DNA from: a virus
Taxonomy: Duplodnaviria > Caudoviricetes
Length of the DNA: 24,654 nt
Virus record (IMG/VR): IMGVR_UViG_3300047090_000011
Coordinates: 1-24,654 of that record
Strand: one strand, 5' to 3'
Part shown: piece by piece, positions 23,614 through 24,654 of the stretch
Position numbering within the stretch: position 1 is the first letter of the stretch
Layout of the letters: the number at the start of each line of letters is the position of its first letter
Translations under genes and position numbers: made by a program
Notes under the pieces: model-generated
The model's input: only the letters and a program-made list of their open reading frames with translations
What the model was told of the DNA's origin: nothing
Databases searched by the model: none

Positions 23614-23813
23614 GTTTGATCCTTTTTGTTGAGCGTTTTCCAGTCCTCGTATGCGTCGCGCGGGGTGTAGCCCAGCCCCGGCCATATCAAAGGCGTGTTC
23701 AACGTGCGGCACACCCACATATTGAAGATCACGCGCCGGATTCGCGGCTTCACGCTCGGCCACTTGCAGCCTGATAGGTTGTGGTCGTCAGATCCGCAGC
23801 GCGAGCAGGCCAC
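23592..23813 (-). CDS. Small protein with CCHC zinc knuckle (73 aa)
   Basis: CSRCGSDDHNLSGC = C-X2-C-X4-H-X4-C; GTG start overlaps the upstream TAG. Confidence 0.6.
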   Translation of the reverse strand: MACSRCGSDDHNLSGCKWPSVKPRIRRVIFNMWVCRTLNTPLIWPGLGYTPRDAYEDWKTLNKKDQTCEQSTE

Positions 23814-23998
23814 TAGCGAACCCTCGTAGCGCGAATGCGCTCGCCAGCATTGCGATTGCGCGCCGCGTCGTAGACCGCGTTCACAACTGCCAGCACGTCG
23901 GGAGGAAGATCGCCGAAGTTCGGCAACTTCTCTCCGCGTAAACCCGCCTCCATGGTCTTGACGACGATGTCGGGGATGTCTTCCCTGTATGACTTCAT
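23813..23998 (-). CDS. Hypothetical protein (61 aa, MKSYREDIP...)
   Basis: ATGA overlap with the ninG stop; AGGAG SD upstream. Confidence 0.6.
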   Translation of the reverse strand: MKSYREDIPDIVVKTMEAGLRGEKLPNFGDLPPDVLAVVNAVYDAARNRNAGERIRATRVR

Positions 23999-24594
23999 TC
24001 CCGCTCCTTCTTCAGATCCTTCAACTTCTGCACATACGTCGCCTTGATCGCGCGCATCTCGTCCCGCTCCCACTTGTGGACGCGGTTGTCAGCCTCTAAG
24101 GCTTCAACGGCCGGCAGTCCAATTCGCCGGGCCAGACCGATGCGGTAATCCACCGCGCGACCCGCTCCATATCGGTTGCACTGCTTGCGCTGCGCGTGGG
24201 CGTTGTGCTCGTTGAACCGCAAGTGCGGAGCACTGCCTGTTGAACGGTAGTGCCCGCAGTCGAAGGTGCCACCGGTAGAACCGGCCACGGCACCCAAGGC
24301 CCCATCACAGCAAATGCATAGCTCATCGCGATCACGCTCCCGTATGAATGCATTGAATGCCTTCTGTGCTTCGGCTATCAGGTCGGGGATGCGCTTGATG
24401 GCCTCTTTCCTTGCCTTCACATGCAGCCGGTCTAGCCTTGCCTGCACCTTGGCCCGCTTGGCCTCTTCCCGCTCGCGCTTGGCTGCTTGTGCGATGGCCC
24501 ATGCCTCCACACACTCGACGTGCACAACCTGATTCATCCGCTCGGGGCTGAACTTGGCTTTGCAGTGAGCACAGCGGGTGCGGCGGAACATCAT
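23995..24594 (-). CDS. ninG: NinG/Rap-like recombination endonuclease
   Basis: CxxC, 'AQKAFNAFIRERD..CICC', 'DCGHYRSTGSAPHLRFNEHNAHAQ...CN' motifs. Confidence 0.9.
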   Translation of the reverse strand: MMFRRTRCAHCKAKFSPERMNQVVHVECVEAWAIAQAAKREREEAKRAKVQARLDRLHVKARKEAIKRIPDLIAEAQKAFNAFIRERDRDELCICCDGALGAVAGSTGGTFDCGHYRSTGSAPHLRFNEHNAHAQRKQCNRYGAGRAVDYRIGLARRIGLPAVEALEADNRVHKWERDEMRAIKATYVQKLKDLKKERE

Positions 24595-24653
24595 GCGTAC
24601 TCGGACCACTCTTGCCCCAGTGACGTAGGCGACCACACCACGCCATGTTCATC
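24591..24653 (-). CDS. C-terminal fragment of a NinB-like protein (truncated by the window edge)
   Basis: Hand translation '...DEHGVVWSPTSLGQEWSEYA*'; 'EHGVVWS' resembles the NinB C-terminus; ATGA overlap with ninG. Confidence 0.45.
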   Translation of the reverse strand, partial: DEHGVVWSPTSLGQEWSEYA

Positions 24654-24654
24654 G

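Noticed and set aside
23614-23763. N-terminal extension of the Q-like ORF
   Set aside because: Overlaps the zinc-knuckle gene in another frame; better starts exist at 23613 and 23592.

Overview
This window is a roughly 60% GC fragment of a tailed dsDNA phage or prophage with a P22-like podovirus layout; the host is probably a Proteobacterium (inference). Reading the minus strand from right to left: the end of a nin region (NinB-like C-terminus, NinG/Rap, two small ORFs, Q-like antiterminator), a pR'-like late promoter with terminator and a highly structured leader, small and large terminase, a GNAT acetyltransferase, portal, and a five-gene Ala/Thr-rich cassette ending in a LamG plus His-repeat protein. 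These are followed by scaffold, P22-type coat, head-tail adaptor, tail hub, a SPRY-domain fusion, a cupin plus 2OG-Fe(II) hydroxylase pair, four ejection-type proteins, a short fibre, a Tat-lipoprotein SGNH hydrolase and a lysis cassette (holin, M15 endolysin, 3TM holin, small membrane peptide). Two genes are inverted within the late operon (NinX-like and a small membrane protein), and small plus-strand accessory genes converge from the left end. The most notable items are the candidate structured RNAs in the late leader, the modification enzymes embedded among the virion genes, and the fibre-like cassette between portal and scaffold. All family assignments come from motif recognition and gene order, not database searches.
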